From Squalus acanthias (taxonomy: Eukaryota), in assembly GCA_030390025.1 (NCBI GenBank), contig CM059425.1, forward strand, positions 164,984,001 to 165,048,000: DNA of 64,000 nucleotides, in the 5' to 3' direction. A program made the position numbers and the translations under genes. Positions within the stretch are counted from its first letter, which is position 1, and each line of letters begins with the position of its first letter. Of the stretch, positions 62,245 through 64,000 are shown piece after piece. The notes under the pieces are model-generated. The model searched no databases. It had not been told where the DNA came from and saw nothing but the letters and a program-made list of their open reading frames with translations.

Positions 62245-63137
62245 GGGGGAAAAATTCAGTTGGTTGCGCCTCCCGTTAGCGCCTTAAGAGGGCGCTAATG
62301 GGGCGCAAAGCATCTAGCGCCCAGGCGCGGCGAAGTTTGCGCCGCTCGCGAAATTAACTAGACATTTTGCGGCGGCGCTAAACACTACCGCCACGATCTC
62401 CTGCGCCGGCAGATCGTGACGTCAGTCGAGTGCGCAACGCCCCGGTATCGCCCCGGAGCGGATATTGAGTGGCGCCCCCTGCCTTATCGCCTGACGCTAG
62501 CAACGACAGTTTGAGTGGAGCGTTCTGCAGTCATGAAGGGAAAGGGGGAGCGCTATTTAAAGGTGACCGCTTCCTGCCTTTTATTGTTGGTGCCATTTTT
62601 GAACTACGCATTCTGAGAGAGAGAGAGAGAGACTTCTGGAGAGTTTCAACGTTGTGTGAAGGAGTTTTGGGTACTGAGCAGCACTTTGCAGCTTCATTTT
62701 GATTTGCCATTCCTTGTATCGATTTAGAAGAGACTGTGGGGGCTGCACTCTGAGCTCTTTGCCTGGTACTCTCCATTGTTCTTTCCAGCAGATTTGATGT
62801 GCAGGTCTCTCCAGGCCGAGATTCAAGGCTGCAATTAGCAGGATGTGGATGGAAAGTGAGATTAACCATCCCCTTTAAGACCTGGCCCGTGCCATTGTGT
62901 GTGTGTTCCATTGCTGACTGACATTACATGAGCTTCGCCAGCGCTCTGAGGTAGCGCCTCGCTCCTCGGCCTTTGCGCCTTAAGAGAGGTGTGAAGCACC
63001 TGATTTAGCGCTCCAATCACCTCCAGGGGCGATAAAAGTCAAGTTTGCAGTCGGTGGCGATAATTAGTGCCAGGCGCTAATCTTTGCGCCCGGCCGATAA
63101 TTGCGCCCCAAATGGGGCGATACTGAATTTCTCCCCC
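62245..63137. mobile_element. Harbinger MITE, 893 bp (inverted relative to 25427-26319)
   Basis: TIRs GGGGGAAAAATTCAGT / ACTGAATTTCTCCCCC, TSD TTA/TTA. Confidence 0.95.
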
Positions 63138-64000
63138 TTAGTATCTTGTGTTTATGTATAAAAACATCCCTTGTGTATCTGTCCTGGAAATTGAAAAGAC
63201 CTCTGTAATATACTGTGTGAAACTATTTCTCCCCTGACACTCATGAAATTCTGGCATGCTAGTTCCAAGGGGTAGTGGAAATGGTGCTGCTTATTTGCTG
63301 GTGTAAAAAGTGTTTTGTACTGCAAAATAAAAGCGGAAAATATTACTGTGTGTAAGCAGTGTGACTGCAGCAAGTATCATGTATCATGTATTCATTTCTC
63401 CCTTATGTATATGCCAATAATAGTCCACAGCATCATTGTTGCTGCACAACCAGATATAGCAAGGACCCTTAGTAATGTATTAAAGGTCATATAAACATAG
63501 AAAATTTATACTAGAAATAAAAAACAACTTGCATTTATATAGCACCTTTCATGGCCTCAGGAAGTCCTACAATTAAGTTTTGTAACATCAATAATATATT
63601 GAAAGTTTTGCATATGGCATGTACTTCCTGTCCATATTAACCTTACTTCCTGTGTCATGATTTATGTATTGCAAGTTTTATGTCAATATTTATAATGGGA
63701 AAAGGCTATGTCAGCATGTCAATAGCACTAGGTGAGTGGCAGGGAGGAGTGGATATAGGTAAGGAACTTTAATGTCAGTTTTTTTTGCCTATTTAAAAAA
63801 AAGCCTTTTCTGGTGCATTTTAATTTTTATTTTTAGCAGCAAAAAAAACTTTTTACATTAAAATATATTTATGTATTTGTGAATAGAATGTGTGAAGCAA
63901 AATGTTGACAGTTAAAATTAATGTTTAAAGTGACACATCTCCACCATAATATCATGAAGCACAAATGCCTGGTATGAGGAAATACAAATATGAAGAAAGA

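Overview
Vertebrate genomic DNA. The repeat content (CR1 and L2 LINEs, tRNA-derived SINEs, Penelope remnants, many Harbinger transposons) suggests a cartilaginous fish, which is inference. The only clearly intact host gene is the 5' end of RIOK2 (minus strand; exon 1 CDS 8396-8461, exon 2 2606-2744). Most of the rest is nested transposons: about a dozen PIF/Harbinger elements and MITEs, including one intact 382-aa DDE transposase ORF and several spliced Myb/SANT-coiled-coil partner genes, and a full-length CR1 whose ORF1/ORF2 junction sits on a UUUAAC-type -1 slippery heptamer (U UUA AAC). A Penelope-type minimal hammerhead ribozyme is also present. The most interesting signal is in the apparently unique sequence between repeats. 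Removing the TE insertions reveals what look like two decayed immunoglobulin-superfamily membrane receptor genes: an apparently intronless signal/4-5 Ig/TM gene (~26690-35500) and a spliced Siglec/CD22-like gene with a Lys-containing TM segment and a tail of ITIM-like tyrosine motifs (~53313-57560). These calls come from manual translation only. Repeat boundaries without stated TIR/TSD evidence are approximate.
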